The notes beneath the pieces are model-generated. The model worked only from the letters and a program-made list of their open reading frames with translations, was not told where the DNA came from and ran no database searches. A DNA stretch of 64,000 bases from Hemiscyllium ocellatum. Lineage: Eukaryota. Below are positions 36,520 to 47,943 of this stretch, in pieces (within the stretch, counting starts at the first letter, position 1; each line of letters starts with the position of its first letter). The position numbers and the translations under genes are program-made. Where the stretch lies: positions 25,690,085 to 25,754,084 of the forward strand of contig NC_083419.1 of NCBI RefSeq assembly GCF_020745735.1. The letters run 5' to 3'.

Positions 36520-37660
36520 AATTTTTATTAAGGTAAGGAGAAAGGTGAATAAAGGACTACCAATAGATGTCATGTGTCTGGATTTCCAAAAGGCATTTGA
36601 TAAGGGTTGATGTCCAAGATAAAATCTTACAGTACTGGCGGAGATATACTAGCATGAACAGATGACTGGCTAACTAACTCAAAATAGCTTTAGAATAAAT
36701 GGATAATTTTCATATTAGCACACTGAATTAAGTGGCCTGCTGCTGAGATCAGTGCTGGGGCCTTAACTGTTTATGAGCTATATTAATGATTTGGATGAAA
36801 AGACCTAAAGCATTGTGTTCAAACTTAAAATTATACAAAGCCATGTAGAAAAGTAAGTTGTGAGGAAAATACAAATAGCCTGCAAAGGGATATGGAAATT
36901 CAGTTTGCAAACAATTAGCAGATGGAGTAAAATTTAGAAAAACATGTTGACTTTCTCAGGAAAAAAATAAAAATACATTGTATTATTTAAATGTAGAGAG
37001 ACTACAGAATGTTGCAGTGCAGAGAAATCTGGATTTCCTTTAACATGAATCATAGATAGTTAACATGGGGATACAGCAAGTAATTAGGGGGGCAAATGCA
37101 ACAAGATTCTTTATTGTATGCGGGAGGGAGTAGAAATGTTGGGAGCTCTTCCACCATCTATACAGGGCATTAATGAATTACCTAGAGTATTGTATACAGT
37201 TTTGGTCTCCTTACTTAAGGAGACATGATGTGGAGGTGGCGGTGTTGGTTTGGGGTGGACAAAATTAATAATCACACAACACCAGGTTATAGTCTAACTG
37301 ATTAATTTGGAAGTATGAGCTTTCAGAGCACTGCTCCTTCATCAGGTAACTAATCTGAAAGCTAGTACAGTACTTCCAAATAAACCTGTTGGACTATAAC
37401 CTGGTGTAGTGTGATACTTACTTAAGAAGGGATCAACTTGTGATAAAAGCAGTTCAGACAAGGTTCACTGGGCTGATTACTGGGATTAAATGGCTGTCTT
37501 ATGATGAAAGATTGAATAGATTGGGCCTGTAATCAATGCAGTTGAGAGTACATTTGTCTAACCAAGATAAAGTTACTAAGGGAACTGAGTTAGACAACTA
37601 TTTTATCCACACGAGAGTCAAGAGTTATCGAGGGTAGGCAAGAAAGTGGATTCACGTCAT
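36520..37660 (+). mobile_element. Old CR1 RT fragment hosting a family B palindrome
   Basis: LDFQKAFDK, SVLGP.LF and LEYCIQFWSPYLR remnants. Confidence 0.7.
37220..37416. mobile_element. Head-to-head PLE family B mini-element with 10-bp TSD CTTACTTAAG
   Basis: TSD at 37210-37219 and 37417-37426; minus-strand hammerhead near 37314-37348. Confidence 0.87.
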
Positions 37661-37699
37661 GTGGCCTTAGTGAAAACAGACACACTTCAATGGGCTTAT

Positions 37700-38050
37700 C
37701 ATAGAATTCCTCCAGTATGGAAGCAGGCCACTTGGCCTATCAAGTCCACATTGACTCTCTGGAGAGCATCCCACATAAAAAAAACACTCCCCTACTTTGT
37801 AACCCTGCATTTCCCATGGCTAGTCCACCTGGCTGGCACATCTCTGGACACTGTGGGCAATTTAGCATGGCCAATCCACCGAACCTACACATCTTAGAGT
37901 TGTGGGAGGAAACTAGAGCACCCAGGTGAAGCCCATGAAGTCATGGTGAAAATGTGTAAACTCCACACAGATTGTCATTGAAGGTGGAATCAAAACTGGA
38001 TCCCTTGTGCTGTGAGGTAGCAATGTTAAACACTGAGCTACTGTACCACT
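37700..38050 (-). mobile_element. Diverged full-length HE1-type V-SINE
   Basis: Reverse complement similarity to 19624-19941. Confidence 0.8.
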
Positions 38051-39412
38051 TAATGTTGGTTATACACCTATTTTTTATTATCTTATGTACAATACGTGAG
38101 TAAGCATAAAATGTTTGCCTTTGTCTGAACAAATGGGTGAAAGCAAATCAATAATAGCTTGTGTGGGAGAATTTGAAGAGCATTTTAAGTGGGAAAAAAT
38201 ACAGGATTATGGGGAAAGAGCATGAAGTAAGTGAATAACTCTTTCACAGGAGCATTGTGCCAAACCACTTTCTGATAAATTGGGTGATTTTGTTGGGTAA
38301 ACTCCAGCATTAAATATACATGCACTTAAGAATCAGTAAATGTTGGAGCTTGTAAATCAGGTCCTAATTTTTCTACTTTTAGATATATCAACATACTTTG
38401 CAATAAAATTTCCACAAGTTGGCATTACTAGAGAGAAGCCAGTGAACAGAACCAGTGAAATTTTAGGTCAAGTTAAAAGTTGGTGCCAAGCAATGTTGGG
38501 TCAGTATGCATTTTGAGCTGGGAGTGTGGATTCAGGAATGAGGATTGCTGAATCCCTAGCAAAATGAAGAAAGATTGAATTGACAATGTCACAGCTTGGC
38601 TTCACGCTGCACTATGTACATGTACTGTTTAAAATACTCCCGTTCTCCAATTCAGCTTCCATGTAATATTTTGAAGATTGGAAGTTCTTTCCTAGTCACT
38701 TTGAGTTTTTAACCATACGGAAAGAACACTTGTGTTGAGGTCTTCTGGCCAAACTTGGTGAAATTCACAATCACACGTGAGCCAAGCAATTTCAAGGCGG
38801 TTTTGCCAGAACAGCAATGCCTACCGCGTTAATGCACCACTAGATTGTTGCTGAGATGGTTTCAATCCTATAGTGCACACTATATAACAAACTAGAAGTG
38901 TTGTACGAACATTTTAAAATGTTCATATCAGTCGTATTTGATTTAAGATTAAACACTTTCATTAAATACCCGTTAAAACCGGTTTATTCGGCATATGGTG
39001 CGTTTATGTTAAACCCTCTTCCCTTTCGGGTTCCTGAAATCACTGGCGCATTGGAAACGGTAACAACTAGGGCTTACTAACATGGGGTAGCGATTCAACA
39101 AATAAATTTGCAACAACGAAAGTTTTAAGAAAATAGTCTATACACGCCTTTAAACTACAACTAAAATAGCTTTTTTAAAAGTCAGGAGCTAGAATATTTA
39201 TCCAACTGTATCATTTGTGACAAATGAAGCAATTCTCACATTAATCAATACGTTTTGTAATGTTATTGTATTGGGCTTTGAGAGGGAGGTTACAGATAAC
39301 GGAGAGTAAAAAACTATTACCATGCTGGCGAGTCTTTATCGTTCTACACCTTTTGGTAAATGATCGCATAACACGGCTCCCAGACATATTGAAAACATCA
39401 AATAGAGATTTT

Positions 39413-39418
39413 TTTATT
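39413..39418 (-). terminator. myf6: Candidate myf6 polyadenylation signal AATAAA
   Basis: tttatt on the + strand about 370 nt after the stop, following an AU-rich UTR. Confidence 0.65.
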
Positions 39419-39787
39419 CCGTTTGTACAATGAATGCTAAACCCATATTGCTTAAAACAAACAAAAAGTTACTGTATAAAATTACGAAACATTGCTGGAT
39501 ATATGCGAACAATTTGTTTTTTTTACAAACATATTTACAACTTACGTTATTCAAACTTTATTTGAGAATTAATCTTGGTCAAATAATTCGTTTAACATGT
39601 TTGGCCTTTTCCTTATCTGAAGGGAATGATACTTTAAATCTAAAAATCGACACTTTCAAACAATATCGAAGTGTAGGTACAACACGGCAAAACAAGTTAT
39701 TCGGTCGGCAAAAGTACAGCTATGGCGAACCGACGTCATCACAATTATATAAATCTAACTCAAGCCAATGGTTGGTAATAAATCAGA

Positions 39788-39903
39788 TTACTTCGCATTT
39801 GTGTCTTGGGTATAGAGCGTAGTGGCCTCCTCCGTCGAAATACTGTCGACTATCGAGCTCAGATAATGAAGACTGCTGGTGCCTGATGATTCCGAACTAT
39901 TCC
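39788..39903 (-). CDS. myf6: Myf6 coding exon 3 (GNSSESSGTSSLHYLSSIVDSISTEEATTLYTQDTNAK*)
   Basis: tgtcttgctttaaacag acceptor, phase 1. Helix III SSLxxLSSIVDSIS. Total CDS 525+97+116=738 nt = 245 aa. Confidence 0.95.
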
Positions 39904-40312
39904 CTGTTTAAAGCAAGACAGGCAACACCAAGCAAGTTAATGATGATTGTCAGAACTTTCTGTGTTCCTACCCATTAATTCGCGCGACCTATTAACCCAT
40001 GTTCCTCCACATTAATAACGCAGTGCTCAAACTCGCTTTACAAACTGGACTGCCTGGGAAAGACACAACGCCAGGGTTTTTTAAAAAAACAAAATCCTCC
40101 AGATTGTTTGCTTTCTCTTTCCCGAGCACTTGATTTCGTTTTGATCAACTTTTCACGTCAAAAAGCTGCTTCTGCGAAGCGTTACACTTCGTTCACTATT
40201 GAGACTGAGAGCTTCCTGCCGACTGGAGAGGCAGGCAGACTGACCGCAATCTCTTTGAAAAGATGTACTTTCTGTGGCTGGATTACTTAACGGTTGACAG
40301 AAACGCATTTAC

Positions 40313-40409
40313 CCTCTTTGTGGAGTTTATTTGGGATATTCGAATGATCAGAGAGATTCCCCCATTCGGAAGGACAGCTGTTAGTTCCCCAGCAGCCTGG
40401 AGTTGATAC
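40313..40409 (-). CDS. myf6: Myf6 coding exon 2 (VSTPGCWGTNSCPSEWGNLSDHSNIPNKLHKE)
   Basis: tgtcttcacag acceptor and G|GTAAAT donor; 97 nt open frame with the conserved C..W..SDHS....KE pattern. Confidence 0.93.
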
Positions 40410-40521
40410 CTGTGAAGACATTTAGAACGGGGTTAGACAGTAGACACACTCTCAGATCTCAGTATGCACACCAACAGTTGCAGCACACGGAGGATGGCGG
40501 CAGTGTCTGATGCTCGCTTAC

Positions 40522-41046
40522 CATTGAATGGGAGCTTTTGCAGCCGTTGATCGGGTCCACGTTCTCCTGCAGTTTATCCTGCTGGTCAAAGCTATGTAGC
40601 AGGTCCTGGAGTTTCTCAATGTAGTGGATGGCACTGCGCAGGATCTCCACTTTTGGTAACCTCTGGTTAGGGTTTGGCACCGTCCTGCGCTTTAACGCTT
40701 CGAAAGCCTCGTTGATTTTCTTGAGCCTCCTCCTCTCCCGGAGAGTTGCCGCCTTCCTCCTGTCGGTGGTGGCTGACTTCCTTTTGCACGCTTTACAAGC
40801 CCAGATCAGGCACTGGCCCGGGCAGTGCGACTTCAGGCCGGGCGGAGCGTAGACATGTTCCTCTCCGCCACTGTCACAGCTCGGCTCCGCCTGACTCGCG
40901 TCTCCAACTGGGGACAGGCCATCCTCGCTTCCCGGGTAAAGGGGGGACACCTCAGCCCCGTCCAAGTGCGGAAAGCCCATACTTTCACTCACCAGATATC
41001 GCTGATCGTGATAGTAAAAAGGATTGGTCTCAAACATCTCCATCAT
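40522..41046 (-). CDS. myf6: Myogenic factor 6 (MRF4/herculin), coding exon 1
   Basis: MMEMFETN...SPLYPGS..LSP...[79 protein letters not shown] is MRF4-diagnostic. ATG|GTAAGC donor, 525 nt, phase 0. Linked upstream of myf5 in the same orientation. Confidence 0.97.
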
Positions 41047-41137
41047 TCTCGATTGTGAAGTTTTGTGTGGGGTTTGCACTTATGTATGCCTTCGGGAGAT
41101 TGAGAGACAGTGGATCAAAAGCCGCAGAGGGGTTTCG

Positions 41138-41209
41138 ATGGCATTTAAAGAGTTGGATGACAAGTCCATGGGCTATATATACATACATACATATATATAG
41201 AAGCAGGTG
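41138..41209 (-). promoter_or_regulatory. myf6: myf6 core promoter: E-box CACCTG (41209-41204), TATA/MEF2-like CTATATATA tracts (41200-41173), TTAAATGCCATC downstream element
   Basis: Motifs lie 100-165 bp upstream of the ATG. The order resembles the E-box plus TATA/MEF2 layout known for mammalian Mrf4. Confidence 0.65.
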
Positions 41210-41729
41210 AAATTCTATCCAACATTTAGCTGTCGCAATGTATCAAACTCTCAGGACTTGTCTTACTGAGCTGTCTGGCCGCTGTCATTATTACAGCGTT
41301 TCTATTTTCGAAACGCAACGTTTCCTAGGACAGAGAGACACATTCAGTTTATTCTTTGATGACCAAGTGATCTCTCTACCTCATGGGGGAATCTCAACTG
41401 CGTCGACTTCTTTTTCCTTCCAATGCTCAGTCCATTCAATTCTGAACAAAACTGGCATTTTTTTTTCCCGGCTTCCTTGTTAAGTTGTTAAAGTAAAGTA
41501 GGATACCCTTGCTGATATGCTGAATATCAACCGGTGTTTGTATACTATTGTTCGGAGATAAAGCGGGCACGCATTTTATTTCAGGTTTAACGTTACGCCA
41601 CTGTTAAACGTGAAGCAACTTCCCAACAGTTGGGAGAAACCGAGGGAGAACCCATGGTCAAAATACCTCTTCACCAAGATCCAGAAATGAGTGTAATTGC
41701 AGAATATATAATGGTGATTTCAGATACCC

Positions 41730-41913
41730 TACTGGAATTAGCACAACCTTATTAATATTAAAGTCTTATTTTCTTATTGGTGCCGAATATCATTTAATAA
41801 CGTGTCACATTACCAGTGACATGTTTCACCCTGAATTGAATTGGGTCTGTGATTGCAGAACAACTCTCTTGAAAACAAGAACACGCTGTAGTTTGTTACA
41901 TTGCAATACATAG
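41730..41913. repeat. About 185-bp segment present three times (41730-41913, 42577-42733 partial, 43574-43764)
   Basis: Direct sequence identity between the three copies. Confidence 0.92.
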
Positions 41914-42099
41914 CCCCTTTTCGCTACAATGTGTAATTATTGCGAAACTTGTGTTCATCTTTTTCTTGACATGTTGCCAGGGCAATATTTATATCAGTGC
42001 AGAACTTCCGACTTACGTATTAAATTTGCTCCGGAACACTCGAATCAGATCATTTATCAGTCATTGTAATAACAATGCTCCCCAATATACCTAGGCGTA

Positions 42100-42212
42100 A
42101 GTGAGCACTGCAGATGCTAGAGATTAGAGTGGAGAGTGTGGTGCTGGAAAAGCACAGCAGGTCAGGCAGCATCTGAGGAGCAGGAGGATCGACGTTCATC
42201 AGGAATGAGGCC
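42100..42212 (-). mobile_element. PLE family A mini-element with stem II deleted
   Basis: gatcgacgttcatcaggaat: the core is fused to the GUC side. Confidence 0.75.
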
Positions 42213-42406
42213 TACCTTGCAAAGAAAACAGAAATGACCTGGTGAAAGCTGAAAAGAGGCCTTTTATTGGGATGTAGGGTTGTCAGATACACATTTCTTG
42301 CTGAGAGATGGGAACTGTGGTCAGTTTCTTCACTGGTAAAACAGTGCGGACTGACAAACACCTGAGTGAGACAGTTGGTCAACTCCGAATGATGGTCATT
42401 AAACTA

Positions 42407-45155
42407 ACATGATTTGGAGATGCCTACACTGGGGTGTACAAAGTTAAAGTTCATACTACTCCAGGTTATAGTCCAACATGTTTATTTAGAAGCACTGGCT
42501 TTCTGAGTGCTGCTCCCTCATCAGGTGGTTGTGGAGTGTAAGATCATAAGATACAGAATTTATAGCAAACATTTACAAAGTTATTTTCTTGTTGGTGCCA
42601 AATATCACTAAATAATGTGTCACATTACCAGTGACATGTTTCACCCTGAATTGATTTACCGTCTGGGCCTGTGATTGCAGAACAACTCTCTTGAAAACAA
42701 GAACATTCTGTAGTTTGTTCCATTGCAATACATGCAACTGAAATTTTATATCGAAAAATACCTGGATTGTTTGTTAAGTCTCTTGTCTTTTAGAATGACC
42801 ATATTGGTTTCAGTTCTTTCATATGTAAATCACAAAATTTTTTTAAAAAATTTCATTCTCAAGTGGACTTTAGCAATAGATGGCATGTCAGCCCAGATAA
42901 TGCATTGAAGGTGTGAGGTGCTTTGTGTGAGGCTATCTGCGTCCCAATGTTCAGACTGATTCCATTTCTAAAAAGAGATTTACAGAATCTTACATGGATT
43001 TATGCAGTCTTTGGAGCAAAATAAAATGTAATTCTGCAAGTACAAATTCACCCCACAAACTTATACCTCTGTCTATGCATGCGGGTGTGTGTGTGTGTGG
43101 GGGGAGGGGTGGGAGGTGGTATGACGATCTGTGAGAGAGTGCATGTATGTGTATGAGTGTGAGTGTAAAGGGGTATAAATTTGTGAGCGGGCGTGTGTGT
43201 GTGTGTGTGTGAAAGAGAGTGTGTAGTGTAGCAGGGTTACCTGTAATGTCACATGAACCCATGGTCCCGGTTGAGGCCCTCCCTATAGGTACCGAACTTG
43301 GTTATCAGCCTCTGCTCGGCTACTTTGCGTTGTTGCCTGTCCTGAAGTCTGCCTTGGAGCATGGTCACCCAAAGGTCTGAGGTTGAATGTCCTGGACCAC
43401 TGAAGTGTTCTTCAAGTGGGAGGGAACACTCCCACTATTGATTGTTGTGCAGTGTCCATTCATCTGTTGCCCTCGCCTCTGCTTGGTTTGTCATTGTACC
43501 ATGCCTAAGGGCATCCTGGCCTGTAGTGTATGAGATAGACAATGTTGGCCGAGTCGCATGAGTACCAACCATGTACTGGAATTAGCACAACCTTGTTAAT
43601 ATTAAAGTCTTATTTTCTTATTGGTGCCAAATATCATTTGATAATGTGTCACATTACCAGTGACATGTTTCACCCTGAATTGAATTACCGTCTGGGTCTG
43701 TGATTGCAGAACAAATCTCTTGAAATCAAGAACATTCTGTAGTTTGTTACATTGCAATACATAGTGGTGGTATCCATGTCCACACTCTGACACGTCTTGC
43801 AGCGTTCGCCGTGACAGGGTTGCATGGTGTTGTCCTGAAAGCCAGACAATTTGCTGTGAATAATGATCTGTTTGAGGTTTGGTGGTTGTTTAAAGATGGG
43901 AAGTGGAGGTGTAGGGAAGGTCTTGGCAAGGTACTCATTGATAAGTTCTTACAGGCTGCAAAGAACATGGTGTAGTTTTTTTGGCTCCTGGTAAGTACTA
44001 GACAATGAAGGGTACCCTGTCGGTTGCAGCTCATGTCTGTTTCCTGAGGAGGTCATTATGGTTTCTTCGTGTGGCATGTCGGAACTGGCGGTCGATGAGT
44101 TGAGCATCGTACCCTGTTCATATGATGGCATTCTTGAGTACTTCCATGTGCCCATCACATTCCTCCTCTTCTGAACAGATCCTGTGTACACGTAGGGCTT
44201 GTCTGTAGGGGCTGGCTGTTTTAATATGTTTCAGGTGGAAGCTGGAGAAGTGTAGCATCCTGAGGTTATCCGTGGGTTTGTGGTAGAGTGAGGAGCTGAG
44301 GTGTCCTTCCTTGATGGAGATGTATGTGTCCAAGAATGAGACAGATACTAAAGAGTAGTCCATGGCGAGTTTGATGGTGGGATGAAACTCATTGATATCA
44401 CTGTGACATTGTTTCAATGACCTGAGTCCAGAGGATGAAAATATTGTCAATGTACCTGGTATATAGTGTTGGTTGAAGGACCTGCGTAGAGAAGAAGTCT
44501 TGTTTGAACCTGTGCATGAAAATGTTGGTATACTGGGGTGCAAATTTGGTCCCCATGGCTGTTCCATGTGTCTGGATGAAGAACTGGTTGTCAAAGGTGA
44601 AAATGTTGTGGTCAAGGATAAAGTGGATGAGTTTATGGGTAGTTGTTGGTGTTGAGTACTGAGGTTGTTGCCACGATGCCGTCACTGTGGGGAATGCTGG
44701 TGTAGAGTGCTGAAACATCCATTGTGATGAGGAATGTTCCTGGTTCGATTGGTCCATGGGTGCTGAGTTTCTGTAAGAAATCTGTAGAAATCTGTAGTAT
44801 CTCGATGGAAGCTGGGCATCCCCTCTACAATGGGTTTCAAGATGCCCTGGACATAGCCTGAGAGGTTCTCACACACATGACACCAATAGTTAAAGTTCAC
44901 TTGAGAATGTAATTTTTAAAAAAAGTTTTGGGATTTACATGTGGAAGAACTGAAACCAACATGGTCATTCTAAACAAACAATCCAGGTCTTTTTTGATAC
45001 ATAACTTCAGTTGCATCACAACTTTTTCTATAAATTCTTTAAATTACAATCTTATACTCCATAGCCACCTGATGAAGGAGCAGCGCTGTGAAAGCTAGTG
45101 CTTCCAAATAAACCTGCAGGGGTATAACCTGGTGTTTTGTGGTTTTTAACTTTGT
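42407..45155 (-). mobile_element. Penelope-like element (family B): RT plus GIY-YIG remnants, 3' repeat at 42407-42900 and inverted terminal repeat at 44880-45155
   Basis: RT motifs QTHGTAMGTKFAPQYTNIFM, YTRYIDNIF, VSFLD and LYHKPTD; endonuclease CDSANIVYLI near 43530-43560; hammerheads near 42493-42527 (-) and 45066-45100 (+). Confidence 0.92.
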
Positions 45156-45344
45156 TAACCTAGCAGGGAGCCAATGCTCTGTTACTGAGTGCTAAATACT
45201 CTATCTTGACATTGATACGACATTCGTTACCTTTATAATCCGTCATAAATTGTAAAGAAAAGACTCACTGTTAAGACATCTCAATTCATGCTAATAATCT
45301 AAATCTAAAAGTAATGATGAATAAAGTCACAATCAAATATTTAA

Positions 45345-45692
45345 AAACCTCTCTGGATTAATAATCCAAAAATCCAGGTTAATGTTCTGGGAACATGGAT
45401 TTGAATCCCATCGGGGGTGGGGGGTGAAATTTGAATTCAATAAAATCTGGAATTAAAAGCGAACCTAATGGCAACCACATAATCACTGTTAGTTGTTGTA
45501 AAAACTTATCTGGTTCACAAATGCCCTTTTCTATAAAGGGAAGGAATAGGGAAGGATATCTGCTGTCTGATCTGACAGCCATGTGACTCCCATCCCACAG
45601 TAATGCTGTTGATTCTTAACTGCCTTCTGGCAATTAGGCCTGGGCAACAAATGTCGATTTAGCCAGCGGCACCAACATCTTATGAATGAATA
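45345..45692 (+). mobile_element. tRNA-derived SINE with a LINE-shared 3' tail (related copies at about 50090-50310 and 55410-55720 on -)
   Basis: B-box-like ggatttgaatccc; tail ggcaacaaatg..tagccagc..atgaatgaa shared with 46928-46975. Confidence 0.6.
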
Positions 45693-45989
45693 GCAATAAT
45701 GAGAAAAGTATTTCTCATCTTTCTGGTGTTTATTTGGAATATTGGAATGATCAAAAAAGGGCTGTATTCTGGAGGACCAATCGTTGGATTGGTCACTTTA
45801 TAACATACAAATAAAATTCAGTTTGAAGATTCCATGACCAAAAGTGATATAGTTTGGAGTGCAAAAGTGAAGGTACTAGAAAATAGAAATTCAGTCCAGT
45901 TTTGTTTTGCTGCCAAGAGATGTGTCTGAAAATGACAGATGGGGCAACTTTCCGCTACATGCAAAGCTCGCCATTGGCTGACAGCATAA

Positions 45990-46975
45990 CTAGCAAAAAG
46001 GAAGATGTATTATGGTTGTTGGAGTTTAATCATCTCAGTCCAAGAACATCACTGTAGGAGTTTCTTAGGTTGATGTTCCAAGGCCCAACCACTTTCAGCT
46101 ACTTCATCAGTGACAGTCCTTTCATAATAAAGACAGAAGTGTGGACGTTCCCTGATCATTGCACAATGTTCAGAAATTTTTGCCACTGCTCAGATACTAA
46201 AGTTGTTCATAACATTCAGGTTCAAGCTGACAAATAGTAGTAATATTTAAACCACACAAGTGCTAGCCAAGACTATTTCCAACAAGAGAGAAGTTAACCA
46301 AAGTTCATTGACATTTAACAACATTACCATCACTAAATCCTCTACTATCATCATCCTGAGAGTTACAATTAATCAGAAACTGAACTGGACCAGCTATACA
46401 ACTACTGTGGCTATGACAGTGGATCAAAGGTTAGTAATTCCCCACTGTGTAATTCACCTCCTGACTTCCCAAAGTCTGTCCAAGTACAAATTAGGTTTAT
46501 GATGGCACAACACCAACAATATAAGCTCAACAAAATTCAGGACAAACCGGCCCAATTGGTTGGCACCCAATTTACCATCTTCAATAAGCAGTCCCTCAAC
46601 CACCGAAACATTGTGGCAGCAAAGTATACCATTGACAATATGAACAGCAGTAACTCACCAAGCCTTGTTCTAAACAGCACATTCTAAATCAGTGATGTCT
46701 ACTGCTTTGAAAACAAATGTTGCAATTGCATGTAAACTTCATCATCTGCAAGTTCCCCTCCAAACCCCTTGACATGCTGACTTGGAACTATTCTACTATT
46801 CCTTGCCCAGCGCTGGATCAAAACCTTGGAACTTCCTTCCTAACAGCACTGTGGTTTTCCCCACATCCTAAGAACTATAGTGGTGCAAGATGGCAACTTG
46901 CAACCTTCTCTAGGACAATTAAAGACAGGCAATAAATGCTGGCTTAGCCAATGCTGCCCACATTACATGAATGAT
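45990..46975 (+). mobile_element. CR1/L2-group LINE RT to 3' end, decayed
   Basis: GV..G...GPTTFSYFISD, FPDHCTMF and ILRVTINQKLNW remnants. Confidence 0.7.
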
Positions 46976-47806
46976 TGTTAAAACAAAAACAGATTCATGT
47001 CCAATAGTGTTTTGAAAGTTATAATGCAATGTGATTTCAGAACATGCTCAGGCATGTTGTGCTCACAAACCTCTGCAGATAGGAATTTCTCTTTGTTTCC
47101 TCTTCAACTCTTTTAGCAATTATTTAAAAGTTGTCAGTTACTGAACCTAATGCCAAAGGAATCAATTTCTCCCACTTGCTCTGTCAAAATTGGTTAATTG
47201 TTTCAGGTGTAATAGCACAGTGATATATTCTTAATTACAATTTTGAGCTTTATCATATTGTCATGCATTGGGATTGTGTCATTTGGGATAAAATGAAGGG
47301 GGACATGTAACCTCCATTGAATTCTGCATGACAGTAAGTTTGAGCAGTATTGTGAAAGATTAAAGAGTGGGTTGGGCAATTGAGTTACTGGGTAAAAGGT
47401 GCTATTGTTTATGCTTGAAAACAATAGCTAACGCCCATTCATTAGCAATGGATTAAATGTTAATATCCAAAGTCACAGAAAACCTTTGAAGATCTTGGGT
47501 TGTGAACAGTTATACTTTAAACTGCGATCTGAAAAAAAAATTAAGGCTCGCAAGTTTAGATAATCACCATTTCTACCTGCATGTAAGGTCCACATGATTC
47601 ATTTTGTCATTGTGAAGGGTACAGGGGAGCCATTGCAAATATTGTGCTACTCGATTTCCTAAAATATTACTGAATAGTAGGTAGGGTATTCTGCTAATGT
47701 TTTTGGCTTTTGAAATCATTTTCCACAGAGGGCAGTAGAAGCTATGCTATTGCATATATTGAAGGCTGAGCTAGACAGGCTTTTGATTGACAAAGGTCAA
47801 GGGTTA

Positions 47807-47943
47807 AAAGGTAAAAACAATGACTGCAGATGTTGGAAACCAGATTCTGGATCAGTGGTGCTGGAAGAGCACAGCAGTTCAGGCAGCATCCAACGAGCAG
47901 CGAAATTGACGTTTCGGGCAAAAGCCCTTCATCAGGAATAAAC
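47807..47943 (-). mobile_element. PLE family A mini-element with 11-bp TSD GTCAAGGGTTA, inserted in a CR1 3' end (about 47715-48075)
   Basis: TSD at 47796-47806 and 47944-47954; hammerhead core intact at 47904-47939. Confidence 0.88.

Noticed and set aside
41047-41079. N-terminal extension of Myf6 in the ORF track (MQTPHK...), and likewise the myf5 TTG start at 11013
   Set aside because: Both are non-ATG starts from the ORF caller; conserved ATG starts lie downstream.
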